Assembly (NCBI GenBank): GCA_965644295.1
Contig: CBFFRP010000272.1
Location: 28,929-92,928, forward strand
Source of the DNA: Paraphysomonas bandaiensis
Lineage: Eukaryota; Protista; Chrysophyceae
DNA length: 64,000 bases
Direction: 5' to 3'
Shown here: positions 24,801-36,800 of the stretch, piece by piece
How positions within the stretch are numbered: the first letter of the stretch is position 1
How the letters are laid out: every line of letters begins with the position of its first letter
Position numbers and translations under genes: made by a program
Notes under the pieces: model-generated
Database searches by the model: none
What the model was told of the DNA's origin: nothing
What the model saw: the letters and a program-made list of their open reading frames with translations, nothing else

Positions 24801-26878
24801 ATGCAAAGATAGCGAAGACTCGCCCTCCGAAACAATTCAATGGGAATCTAGTGCCGAATCCGGCACCACACGGTCAAGTGGATCGTGTGCACCAGCGTAT
24901 GGCCAAACGCGGTAACAAGTCTGCTGATTCATCGGGAGATTGGGAAAATCAGGGTACACCTGAAGGGCCAAGTAAGGTCCGTGCTACAGCAAAACAACAA
25001 TTTTTAGCTGGTAGAAAGAGTGTTCTCCGAAGCAGGAGAATGGCCAGGAAACGGGTAATTGTAAATATACACAAACTAGGTGATGGTGTATATACATGTG
25101 ATGTAAATGCTAAACATGTAGTAAATCATATGGCACATGACACACAATGTATATCAAAATTACATACAAACAATATTGATATTGTTATGCATGCTATCAG
25201 TAATTGCGATGACATTGACGAGCTAACCGATACACCAAAGAGTGTTCAAGATGCTATTTCAGGTAAATATAAACAGCAGTGGATCGATGCTATCAATAGA
25301 GAAATATCCACTCTTCAGAGGAAAGGGTGCTGGAGATACACTGCGTTACCACCTGGAGCAAGAGCCATAAAGGGGAAACTCATATTCAAAATAAAAAGAA
25401 AACAGAATGATATCAAATTCAAGGCTCGACTAGTCGCACAGGGTTTTACTCAAATCCAAGGCATCGATTACAATGATACATACAGCCCCGTCGCAAAGGC
25501 TACATCACTACGTACAATTATTGCCCTTTCGACTATTATGAAACTCAAATTGCACCAAATCGATTTCACAACTGCGTACATCAATGCTGACCTCGAAGAG
25601 AACATATACATGTATCCCCCTCCTGGCATGGACGTCCCTGACGGAAAAGTCCTCAAACTGATGAAAAGCATCTACGGTCTAAAGCAAGCAGGTCTTAACT
25701 GGTATAAGTGCTGTACAAATTTTATGCTAGATATGGGTTTCACCAGACTAATATCTGACCCGTGTATATTCAAAAAGCAGATTAATGGCAGGATTATGCT
25801 AATAGCCATGTATGTGGATGATATTATTATAGCATCTACATCCGACACTGATATCCAACAATTCAAAGACCATTTATCCAAAAAGTTCGAAATTACGGAT
25901 CTCGGACTCCTAGACTATTACTTGGGCATCTCCATTCATCAAGATTTTGACAAAAATATCACGACTCTCAGTCAGGAGCAGTACGTCAGAAAGTTACTGG
26001 ACAAATTCAACATGTCTAACAGTAAACCCATGTCAACACCTATGTTACTGTCTTTCAACTATGATTTACATGAATACAATCATCTTTCAGAGTCAAATCA
26101 AAGTTATGTTCAGAATTTCCCCTACAAGGAGCTCATAGGTTCCCTAATGTATCTAGCTGTATGCACTCGACCGGATATCGCCTATGCAGTCAATACTCTT
26201 GCCAGATTTTCTGATATGCCTAATCTAACTACCTGTAATGCTGCGTTACATGTTCTTAGGTATCTCAAAGGCACTGCTAAGCAAGGATTGATATATTCTG
26301 GATCCCACATAACATTGTCAGGATACTGCGATAGCGATTGGGCACGGTGTCACCTCACTCGACGGTCCACTACAGCCTTTACATTCTTCATAGGTAATTG
26401 TCTTATATCATGGCAATCTCGATTACAGACAACTGTGGCATTGTCATCTACTGAAGCTGAGTATATGGCTCTATCGTCAGCAGCTCAGGAAGCATTATGG
26501 CTACGCTCTTTATTATCAGAAATTGGTTTCAAACTTCCATTCTCAACAACTATTTGGTGCGATAATAAAGGGGCAGTCCAATTATGTTACAATCCTACTC
26601 ATCATCGTCGTACGAAACATATTGCGATACGGTATCATTTCATTCGAGAAAATATTGCCGAAAACCAATTGACTGTTGACCATATTCCCACCACGTCAAT
26701 GTTAGCCGATCTTCTCACGAAACCACTAGGAGCAACTAATTTTCTTCAATTGCGAACTACATTGATGGGGGGAGCTGGGTTCGACATCCCATCCAGCAAC
26801 AACAGGAAGCGATCAACAACCTCAGAGACACCTAAATCACAATTAACAAGCCACAAGCGACCTAGGTGGCTAGTTTGA
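21863..26878 (+). CDS. Copia Gag-Pol polyprotein (Gag, CCHC knuckle, protease, integrase, RT, RNase H), 1671 aa
   Basis: CFRCGGKGHIASEC knuckle, LDSGCT protease, HKRLAH...CDGC zinc-binding region, integrase core (ADFSGP, HADGGKE, NPFQER), RT YVDD, RNase H CDSDWA/STEAEY. Integrase-before-RT order is diagnostic of Copia. Confidence 0.97.
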   Translation: MSVKVTSYDSTDSDSTTEKQKDSMPKFDAKNFSKWQKKCRAWFYRKPKIVYTLQNDHPTEPEEGEISDDEDYQYRLDQYHETKRYYDEGNNYLWSVISSAVIGQDEEAEGILENVPDGDGKTAWTDLLAHFKEKTTNDVITDLIGQFQSLKIKKGQSIINFLDAIEKLKNKLINYGHRINDQDLISRIRQGIVSEDNMVYRELAINLQLHPIDDYKVLIRRLRGLGSSSVGTLLSSNNEDTKTDSSHLATSKPPLSRSKVNFKRKRGTSSKYRSNKQKHDKRTDKDIKCFRCGGKGHIASECKHSWEKIQEMKSSSDNKSSTRGKPKFKRVKFQTQSNEYFHDHSDQLANYEDSGPSSDYQKGRDYGGVAYTPSDESHFVSDQKAGMGSLDSGCTVSITSEASYLTDYTDCLTEIQTAKSGSTMISSGHGRLGIIPKCKHVDQASRTLISISQLDDLGHEIIFRNQSVEIFKDGILLSKGQRVGGLYEIPLSDLGIPTDESHLASTASGQPALLAHKRLAHASLGLIQKAIKSRLITGVKMTKEEMSVASLPGGLCDGCATGKSHRRKHRNATRQMLLKRMRRAKELGELIVADFSGPHTPDAIITGNRYVLGIADVASRYQWDSYGTTRDENFVIQSIQKVVTYLRSRGKRLQHYHADGGKELVSRKVLEYLQYIGATWTFNAPYTPEDNPFQERPWRTIKERALSSLMDSGLPTNFWEQAMKTSTHMKNRLPCKTAKGFMSPLQFIENEIPDLSYARIWGCKCFVNIDSSLRKNNWDRHSWPGYFMGYREDGPGYIVFVPALRDFVISGHVFFNECVPPADKRYFKEINEIFRENETTRTVESFKYLIGLAHVDPDDGLTYVTTQIKLRKGLISAYRGLVDDSGDTTRIIQLDDPIHAADVEKYTEEYIELKAVGLKCITSRSKTPIHKSSKSDQNPDTVIGSPAPAATSRGSGENLRHHDAAQERISSHRCEPTHSDAKIAKTRPPKQFNGNLVPNPAPHGQVDRVHQRMAKRGNKSADSSGDWENQGTPEGPSKVRATAKQQFLAGRKSVLRSRRMARKRVIVNIHKLGDGVYTCDVNAKHVVNHMAHDTQCISKLHTNNIDIVMHAISNCDDIDELTDTPKSVQDAISGKYKQQWIDAINREISTLQRKGCWRYTALPPGARAIKGKLIFKIKRKQNDIKFKARLVAQGFTQIQGIDYNDTYSPVAKATSLRTIIALSTIMKLKLHQIDFTTAYINADLEENIYMYPPPGMDVPDGKVLKLMKSIYGLKQAGLNWYKCCTNFMLDMGFTRLISDPCIFKKQINGRIMLIAMYVDDIIIASTSDTDIQQFKDHLSKKFEITDLGLLDYYLGISIHQDFDKNITTLSQEQYVRKLLDKFNMSNSKPMSTPMLLSFNYDLHEYNHLSESNQSYVQNFPYKELIGSLMYLAVCTRPDIAYAVNTLARFSDMPNLTTCNAALHVLRYLKGTAKQGLIYSGSHITLSGYCDSDWARCHLTRRSTTAFTFFIGNCLISWQSRLQTTVALSSTEAEYMALSSAAQEALWLRSLLSEIGFKLPFSTTIWCDNKGAVQLCYNPTHHRRTKHIAIRYHFIRENIAENQLTVDHIPTTSMLADLLTKPLGATNFLQLRTTLMGGAGFDIPSSNNRKRSTTSETPKSQLTSHKRPRWLV

Positions 26879-27078
26879 GTTACACGGAGTTTTTACCATT
26901 TTTTTTTACTTTTATTCAATACATGATGCTGGACTAGAAGGATGGTCTCACAATATGGCATCTCTGCAGTTCGCTTATTATTGACTAGTGACTGCTACTC
27001 TGGTTTTTACTCTCAGTGTGCATAAGTTCATATTCTCTCTATTATCTACGGTTCACTGATTATTTCATTGAGGGGGCG

Positions 27079-27340
27079 TATTAGGATTCAGCTTAATACA
27101 TGATTGTATCTGTGAGTTATAATGTTCAATGAAATATACCATGAACTGAATTAGAGAGAGTATCTGTCGAAGATACGTGATCGTCATCATAACGTCGTCA
27201 TTATCAGTTACACTTCTAACTATTCCGTTGTGCATGATAGTACGTTCTATATTGTTATTCATAATTTTCACTCTATCGTGTTCATTACTTACACTCTAAT
27301 AATCACAACATTGTTTTACTAATAAGCTTAAATCTTATTT
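27079..27340 (+). repeat. 3' LTR of intact Copia element
   Basis: Direct repeat of 21591-21852, preceded by the PPT and followed by TSD CAAGT. Confidence 0.95.
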
Positions 27341-28234
27341 CAAGTGAACAGCTAACGTATTACACACATGCAATTCATTTCAATTGCACAATATATCTTA
27401 TTATTACGGTAACTATAGTAGTATTAGTACTGAACATATATATCCGTTTTACATCTACTGTGTCATATACTTTATCTACTTGTATGATTGAACATAAACA
27501 AAGGCTACGATTAAGAACATATGTAGATATTTCTTGGATATCTTTCTCCATCTCTTTATGTCAATACTATTCTCATGAAGCAGCCCCGTTGAGAGTTAGA
27601 GCTTAACCAAAGCGGGGGAGAAACTGGCACTCATGCTCTACTAATATAACGGCTCTGACTAGCGTACATCTGACAGGCGAGAACATCAGTAATCGTAAAT
27701 CATAACTAACATAGAATTTCAATACAATCTTTTAGTGTTTTCATCAGGCTTATCAAATTCATATGTAGCGACCTCCATATTGTTAAGCGTTTAATGTATT
27801 GCCTCTGAATGAGTCGAAGTCTTCTAATTACAGGTTTCGCTCGTGTAGATTACGCTTCAGTGGAACAACTCCGCAGCTGATATCTCATTGTTGGTTCTCA
27901 ATTAACATATGTAGCATCTGACATACGCAATCACTATAATTATAATGGTATATTTAGCGGCCAACAACCACAGCAACAGTAAAAAATCATAAATTGTACA
28001 CCATTCATTTTACAGATAAAGTAGAGTGGAGATCGCATATGATATGCGATAAGCATAGCGAACACACGACAACTAAAATTGAAGGATTCCAAAACGCATT
28101 AATGATGTAAAATACATTATTGCTTACAAAAAATATGGCATTACCAATACACCTACAAAGATAATCTCACGAAATTATTCACGCGATTCTATAGACATTA
28201 ATGCCTTCAAGAAGGTACAAGTATATATCAGTAC

Positions 28235-28855
28235 TCAGTCCGCACGTTTTTTACGGGAGCTTTTCTTTTCGTTCTTAGTTTTAGTTTTGGAGTACGTTGG
28301 ATGATATCCACGCTCTCGGAGATTCAATAATACCTCTTTAGCCAAGCTGTTAACGGCAACATCTTCCGGAAATTTTAATACAACGCTAGTAACGCACATG
28401 AGGGCCTGAATACTTTCCTTCGACAGGTTAGAGTGCTTTACTAGACATTTAATCATTCTAGATCCACTGCGGGCAGCGTAATGAAAACAATTTTCACCAC
28501 GAACGTCACGCTTAGATAAATCCGCACCACTTCTGACGAGAATACCGGCAACATCAATATGATCAGCTGATATAGCTTCCATTAGTGGAGTAACCAAAGA
28601 TGCACTTGTATCGATTGCATCGATGGCGTGTCCTAAACTGAGAAGTTGTTGAACTGCAACAACATAGCCTAGTCTAGCAGCTTCATGCAGTAATGTCAAA
28701 CCACCGTACTCATCCCTTACATCTCTGGCTGTTATTATTTGATCAGCATCTACCTGTTCACATGCAGCTAAATAGTTTTTACAACTAGAATCATTGCTAT
28801 TTAAAGCCAAGAATAAGTTGTGCTGTTGTGTGATGTGATAAGATGTTCTGATCAT
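28235..28855 (-). CDS. Ankyrin repeat protein
   Basis: GLTLLHEAARLG, VTPLMEAI and GENCFHYAARSG repeats, with a basic C-terminal tail. Confidence 0.8.
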   Translation of the reverse strand: MIRTSYHITQQHNLFLALNSNDSSCKNYLAACEQVDADQIITARDVRDEYGGLTLLHEAARLGYVVAVQQLLSLGHAIDAIDTSASLVTPLMEAISADHIDVAGILVRSGADLSKRDVRGENCFHYAARSGSRMIKCLVKHSNLSKESIQALMCVTSVVLKFPEDVAVNSLAKEVLLNLRERGYHPTYSKTKTKNEKKSSRKKRAD

Positions 28856-29492
28856 TCGGGTTCGATACTATTATAATTCTCTTCTGCTCTACTAATTTAA
28901 CGGCTCAAGCCACCCATCTCATAAGCATGGCTTTAATATACAAGTTTCGAGATATTTACGGCGACTTATCAGATATTATGAACCTATTTCCACTATCAGT
29001 CCTCTCCTTCCGTGTGCTGTAATCGGCCATCAAGCCGTTTCATACGTATACAGTAGTACAATATCGTACATACACGTATGTGGTAGAGGAGTTTTCTACG
29101 TATGATGTACTGTGCAATAGAATACAGATGATTTTGACAGAATAGTACAGTTTTCCATACCGATAACCCCAAAAACAAGTATTTTCATCTTATTCTTACA
29201 ATTTATTGAATAAATCCCAACTATATATATAAAGAAATAATTTCAGTTTTTGTCTATTCAAGTTTTGTTGGAAGGACCTCAATTGAGTGTATCATTTTTT
29301 TTTTCATCAGATGTTTTTGATCGAATGAGCATATGATCCCCCCACATGAATATCCAGACATGCACATGGTGTCCATCTATCTATATGGAGAGCTCCACGT
29401 CAACAGCTGGTCGATGGATCGCGATAATCGATGGAAGTTATTCCTATTTCTCTCATAATATCAAATTTATTCTGTGGTATTAGTTGGAAGAT

Positions 29493-32294
29493 ATGTCACA
29501 GTATGCTCCTATGGAGTCCTCGAAGACTTATGACTGTGATCCTGCATCATCTTTCTTAGAAGGAGATGGTAACCTCTCCGATCTACTGGAGATAGATGTT
29601 AATGATGTTGAAATGCGTAAATTAGACTCAAGAGTTATTCGACGCATTACAAGGCATGAATCACTTATTATTTATATGCATTTGTTTTAATATTTGTTTA
29701 TTTTGTATAGAGATGATACTGAAATCGATATAGATGACGACTTTACTATGCGACCGGACATTGCGTATTATATTGATAGCAAAAAGGATGGAGCACGGGC
29801 AAAAGTTCGTCCGAATGTTATGAATCTGATCGATGGAGGCGAGCATGGTACTCCTCAGCAACTTGCTGACGATGAAGAGGAGATTATCAAATACATGCCT
29901 GGGTACAATTTTGGCTGGATTGAGGGCGTATTCATTCGTTGCACACTTAGTATATTTGGCGTCCTGATGTTTTTGCGTTTGAACTGGATGTTTTCCCAGG
30001 CTGGAGTTGGGGGTGCTCTGGGTATTATTATCTGGTCAGTTTGCGTTACTTCCCTGACCACTATGTCTCTATCGGCTTTATCAACCAATGGAATGATGAA
30101 AGGTGGAGGAGTGTACTACATGGTGTCTCGTGCACTTGGTGCTGAATTTGGTGGCGTTGTTGGTATTACTCTATTTATTGCTCAGTCTGCCGCTGTATCA
30201 CTTCATCTGAACGGTTTCGGCGAAGCTGTCGCTATTTTAGAGGACGGTAATTATGTATTCAGTCTTGACGGGGATAAAATATTCTATGGATGTATTGGCC
30301 TAGTCAGTGTTCTTTGTTGTGCTTTTCTTGGAGCAAACTTTGAAGTGCAGTCACAAAAGGTTCTTGCGGTGAGTATGGCCCTCGCACTGCTTACATTTTA
30401 CATTGGTGTGATTATGAGCAAGAACGACTCTGAAATCGGCTCCACTCCTCTGTCGTCCTCGACTCTGAATTCTAATATGGCTGGGGAGTATTCCTCTGGT
30501 GAGTCCTGGCTGACGGTGTTTGGTGTCTTCTTCCCGGCATGCACAGGCATCTCAGCAGGGTCGAGTATATCTGGTGATTTGAAGGACCCTTCTGAAGCAA
30601 TTCCTAAAGGAACTTTTGCGGCTGTGGTGCTGACCACCATCATCTACGTTTCCATGGGCCTATTCATGTGCGCCTGCTTTACTCCTGAGGGACTTGGAAA
30701 TATCACAACGCAGATCAGCGCAATTGACATTTCTGTTGTTCCGCAGCTGATGTATCTGGGTATGTTCGCAGCTGCTCTCTCCTCTGCATTAGCCCTGGTT
30801 GTTGGTGCACCGCGTGTCCTTATGGCCGTTGCTCGTGATGACATCCTTCCCCTCAGCTTTTACAAAAAGGCTTACTTTGCAAACGACGAACCGCTCAGAG
30901 GCTACCTTACTGTAATCATTATTGCATTTGTTTGTATTATTGGTCTGGACCTGAACACCGTTTCACCAATCGTCACCAATTTTTTCCTGGTGCAGTATGG
31001 TTTGGTTAACTACAGCGTATATCACGCACACATATCTAAGGCTCCTGGATGGAGACCCTCGTTCAAATACTGGTCTCCTTACCTCTGTTTACTAGGCTCC
31101 GTTATGTGCTTCGTTTCCATGTTTATGGTTAACTGGATTCTTGCCATCCTTACCATATTGGCCAGTATTGGTATATTTCAGTTCATCTCGCACTCGAAGC
31201 CTGATGTCAACTGGGGTGACAGTGGCGTCGCAAACTGCCAGAAGCAAGCTGTTGAAGCCATATATAGAATGGAAAGGCTGAAGGACCACGTTAAAAATTT
31301 CAGACCACAGTTCTTACTACTGAGCAAGGATCCCAAGCTTGACACAGAGATGATCTCGTTGATGGCTCGACTAAAGAAGACACGAGGTCTTTCTTTGATA
31401 GGCCGTGTTATCATCGGAGACATGCATGATCCTGCCACTTTTGCTGCTGGGGAGCGGGCACGCAGAGACGTTATTATGGTCGATAATCAAATCATCGCCA
31501 TCTTGCAGGTCATCTGTGCCCCTACACTTCTCAGTGGGGTGGAATCACTGCTTCAGCTCGCTGGGTTCGGAAAGTTGAAGCCCAACACTGTAATGATGGG
31601 ATTCAAGAACAACTGGCAGAAAATTCCCGAGGAGGAACTCGTCGAATATATTTCCATTTTAAGGTCGTGCTTTGCGACCAAGCATTCGGTGTGCATTCTA
31701 CGCAACTGCGATGTGTCCCTTAATTATGTTCCGCACGATGCTGTCGTCGTCGAGAACACAGGTGAAAATTTGTATTCTCCTCCACCAGAGCGTGGTCATA
31801 TTGATGTCTGGTGGCTAGTGGAGGATGGTGGTCTCCCCTTCCTTCTTGCCCACCTAATGACCCGGCATGCTCAATACAGGAAGTCTGGCGCAGTCCTGCG
31901 CCTCTTTGGACTCGTATCAGTAAATGCTACTGCCGATGAGGTCAAGCTCGAGAAACTTCGACTTCGAGCACTGCTCAGCAGATTCAGATTTGTGGCCGAA
32001 GTCATTCTCGTTGAGCACGATGTAGTCCCCTCTATGGAGTTGACTCAGAAATATATTGACCTCTCTGGTGATACAGCCACACCAGATAGCTTGACCCTGA
32101 CGGTCATGAACATATCCAAGCATATGATGGACTACTCAATGCATGCCCATGTAGTGGTAATTTCTCTTCCTGTTCCGAAGCTCTCATACTCCTCTCAGAA
32201 GTACTTTGCATACCTCGATATGCTCAGCTGCACAGGCCGTCCGACTTTTATTGCGCGCGGCAACCAGCAAACTGTTCTCTCATACCATTCGTAA
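29493..32294 (+). CDS. SLC12 cation-chloride cotransporter (NKCC/NCC-like)
   Basis: FGWIEGVFIRC, GGGVYYMVSRALGAEFGG, FFPACTGI, SGDLKDPSEAIPKGT, PGWRPSFKY, HVKNFRPQ, IDVWW, RGNQQTVL. One intron at ~29616-29710. Confidence 0.93.
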
Positions 32295-33859
32295 GTCATG
32301 TTTGTATGACTGGATGAACTTACTGTCGTATGAATTAAAACCAACAAACGAGGCGTCTAGTTTTGCAAGCTTTATGAAGCCCAAACATGTTTCTATTTAA
32401 CAATGCTAAATCAGTTGCGATTTCTCATGCTATATGCTTCATAAAATAATCATGGATTAATTGAAGAGAATATATCTTGCAGTGTGTAGTATATATTGTA
32501 TGTACCTAGTATTAGCGTAGTTAGTGGCACTGGGGAAATATTCCAACATTTCAGCAAGGGGTGAAGTATTAAATATAGTCAATGGTGGAATTATCTGGTC
32601 ACATACATCAATGTCGGTGAAACTAGTGAAACTACTTCATCAAGTAGATTAAAAACCTACTTATAAATTACGAATTAGATTCCTTAAAATGACGAGGTTG
32701 ACTAAGTAGTTATCCCCACTTTGTCTCAAAGAAGCTTTTTTTTACCTGATTGGGCTCAACAGGGCGCTCTTATCAAAAGAATCTCAGTTCTATCTTAATA
32801 ATTATGATATTGACAGCCATATATATGTATGTGAATTCATTTTATTACACAATTGTAAAGAAACCACAATGAGTCAACTATCCAAAGCTGAGCATCAAAC
32901 TACCCTTCGTCTGCTGTAGTAGATCGAATGTAATAATGTTGTCAGTGCAATCGACGTACCTTCATAACATGAAACAACTTCAAGAATATTTCAGGAGAGT
33001 TTACGAGTTGTGTCTCCTCCTTACTTGTGGCCGAAATCCCACCTCGACAACCAGCACCATCTCCACCAACTTACACTCTCATATACATCTATCCCCAACC
33101 ACCCCCCGTAAAACCCATGATACAGGCCCGCCAGACACACTGCCCAAAGGCAGACCCCCCGACTAACCTCACTACAAGGGACGGTTGCACCATGGTGCTC
33201 GCAGCGATGCACAAGCAGTCCCGAGACGGTTGCCCGCCACTAGTCGTCAATAGCAAGTCCAGTTATTAGTTAGTCTATAGATACAAAACTAGTTTCTGTA
33301 CACAACCGTTCTCATGTAATAATCAGATACTTTTTAAGGGCAGTGGCTTCCAGTGCTTTCAGGGTTTGGGTCACAGAATATTGACCTTTAGGATATTGTG
33401 CGCCCCATATCATACACACATAATGTGTTAATCAGGGAACACCTATTTCTTCTTACAGCAAGCAAGCTACTAATATATCTATACTATCCGACATTAAGCT
33501 GTCAGCATCATGAAGATATAAGTTACAATTTAAACTATAGGGATAAGGTGTATCGTCCCTTGCTATTTCTGTTGTGGGAAGATATCCAGGAAAAGATAAA
33601 AACCTAACTGTCATGCCATTATTTTCGTTGTGTTAGATCTTCAATCCCATTAGTATATACCTAAATTGGATACTCCAATGACTTTCTAATTTTTCGTCAA
33701 CTCTAATGGTATAATATGGAGTATGTCTGAAGTCATTCTAGTATAGTTATATAATAGCATGTGTTTATGTGTTATGTCATCGATTCAATTCAAACTGATC
33801 ATTACTTTATCAAGAAATTCCTGGGCAAGTTTTTTCCGCTGTATTAAATGGGGGCGCCA

Positions 33860-36800
33860 TGTTGAGTTCTGCAATATGATGTGATATATATTGTGCAATT
33901 GAAGTGAGTTAACAGTGTGCAATTATAGGTAAAGTCAACTCATAGGTGTAACGGGTGATTATAGTAGTTACAAAGGAATTAAATTCAGTTACTGATGTGT
34001 GACTATACAAGATATAGAACTGACTGATGAACATATGATAAACAGATGTTGCTATAAGAACAGATGTTTCAACATATGTTACACGAATATGTAGTGAAGT
34101 GTTCAGAATAATAATCATAATTTCTTACTTGAAAGTGCATTGTGTTCAACAGTAAGGTTACGGTTTACGCGTAGAGCAAAGTTAACTTCAGTGAAATGTC
34201 CATTGTTAACATGGTAGCGAGTGGTAGCTCTGATGAGGCGATGGAGGACAGCAAGGTGCTGAAGTTTGACAAGTGAAACGACACGTGTGTTGTAACGATT
34301 TGGGAGGCATGTGAACATGACGCAGATGTATTGGAGGGTGCCAACATATACATGGAGGCGACTCCCACATGATGATCCCAATAAGGAAGCTTTGTCCAAT
34401 CATATGCTTAAAACGCTTGTGGATACTGTAGGTCTAGGAGTGAGAGTTGGGAGTAGTACTCCAAAAGACTACAGCGAAATACCAGCTTGTAAATATTGGC
34501 CAATGATATGGACGAAATAGAGATTGATAGGCTGAAATGTATTTTCTACTAAAACTGCCTTCTACACTGAGTAGAGCAGCAGAGCAGTGCAGCTGTTCAT
34601 AGTTAACGAGCAGGAGTGCTGAACATACACATGAACAGAGACAGAGACAGAGTTCATCGGCGGAATGGTGCTAATATGTAGATGATGATGTCTCATCTGG
34701 AGGGGAGTCCAATAAGATAGATGGTGAAGTGCTTATGACTGAAACAGTAGACCAACGAGTGTATCTAGACAGTTGTGCCGGAAAGCAGCTATTCATTGTT
34801 GTTAAAGATCATAGAGTGCTAGAGAAATATTATGAAGCAGAGCCAGGAGTCATATCTCTGACGAAGAAGGGGTCAGCAATGGAGACTCAAGGAGTAGGAA
34901 GCTTTCAACACTGGCAAAAGAGAAGGCATCAAAGTATGTAAAGATGCGGTGAAGAATATTGTCTCAGGCGGAATGCTGCGAGCACTGGTGTGTGGATTGG
35001 AACTACTTAGAGTACCGAGAATTGTAGAGTTAAACACTGGTAGAGAGGTACTGGTTGGAGACTATATGATGAGCATGGAGGAATGCCATGGGAGGCATTA
35101 TATAATATTATGACGTTTTGAATTTGCCTATTATTACGTCATCATGCCATCATGTAATGGAGGAAAATGCCAAGGAGGACAGTAAAGTTAGTGGATGCTG
35201 CCTTATGAGTGTGTTCCTGGGAGGAAAGGTGCCCGAGTTATCCTGGTTGATGAGAGGAAATGGGGGTGCAAGGCGTATGTATTAGTCCCGAAGGCCGATA
35301 GTCGGAAAGACTGGGAGGAAAAGGCACAAACAGGATATTTTGTGGGTTTCCCAGATGAGCAGATGGGGTATCAAGTGTTGATAGGAGATACAATAGTCAC
35401 GTCTGTTCATGTCCTGTTTGATGTATCAGTGCCCTAGAGATCGGCTGAATACTACCGAGAAATGGACTAAGCCACGGTGGCAGTGGTTCCTCAGGGAGGA
35501 GTGTTATCGACAAAACCCATGTGAAGATGGCGGCCAACTGTACAACAAGACCACGCGAATATAGATTCGGAAAGAGGTCTAACTGTGGGATATAGATCCC
35601 TGATGTCAGGTGGTGAGGAGCAACTGGAAGTTAAGACTCCTATTCACATCATCGCGGATGAGTGAAGACCTTGTGACAAGAGTATCTGCTAGTTCTGGAT
35701 CTCGTGACGACGGGACCAGCGGACATTTATTACAGCAGTTGACTGGGACGGTTCCATCCCCTTCTGACTTCGTAAGTGCTCCGGGAGAGGAAGCTCCATC
35801 AGATCGCTCAACTAGGGGCAGGCGCACAAGGGCTCCAAGGGTAGTGACGAATGTGTCAGTAGTAGGTGAGAAGCACGTATTACCTTCGTGTGACGAAGTG
35901 GAGTGCAGCCTACTAGAGGAGGCAAATTCCATCTGGTGCTCGTCAGCGGGACCTAAGGTGCCTCAGACATATTCCGAATTCTTGGAGTTGCCGGAACGGA
36001 AGCAATGGAGTTCAGCCAGGCTGAATATGACGAACTGGAACGAAGGGAAGTGATGGAAGTTAAGCCCATACCTACCCCAGTGTCACTCCATTGACAGCAA
36101 GACAGGCTGAGCGTGACAGACTGGAACGAAGGGAAGTAATGGAAGTTAAGCCCATCATCCCTACCCCAGTGTCACTGCAATTTGAATCCTGAGTATGTCT
36201 TTGCTTTGAAACGCAACAAGGAGGGTGCGATTCAACGATAGAAAGCACGACTTGTGGTACTTGGATATGGAGGCCATGAGGTTGGTAGAGCCAACAATTA
36301 TACTCCAGTGGTAAAAGCGGTAACAGTAAGATTGCTATTAGCTATCGCGTTTGTTATGAATATGGTGGTGCATCAACTCGACGTATCTAATGCATTCTTG
36401 TATATGCAGATATAAAAGGAGATGTGTGTATAAGTATGCAACACCAGATTTCAAATTGCCACCAGGATATTGCTTTAAACTGAAGAAAAGTTTATATGGT
36501 CTTCGAAGCTCACCACGGTCATGATGATAATATGCTGAGAGCATGTCGAGATACGAATATTATTTTGGAAATTAAGCGACGAGTATGTGAAAGGTTCGAT
36601 ATTACAGATATGAATGAGATTGGCTAGTTTTTGAACGTGAGAGTGACGAGAACTCCGAATTGTCTCAAACTTGACATGACAGTGTTCATCAAAAAGATAT
36701 TGGTGAAGTATGTGGTTTTCTGGGTGTCCAAGGGACAAGACGCGGCGATACCCACTACATAGTGATGTCATGGATAGGATCAAAGTGGGAGTGGAACATG

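Larger units (their letters stand above)
21591..27340 (+). mobile_element. Intact Ty1/Copia LTR retrotransposon
   Basis: Apparently identical 262-bp LTRs (21591-21852, 27079-27340). TSD CAAGT (21586-21590, 27341-27345). PBS TGGTAGCGAG at 21853. PPT GAGGGGGCG before the 3' LTR. Single gag-pol ORF. Confidence 0.97.

Noticed and set aside
33000-33280. C-rich stretches (also 53050-53470) with short Pro/Thr-rich ORFs
   Set aside because: No motifs, termini or homology within the window; probably TE debris, but unsupported.
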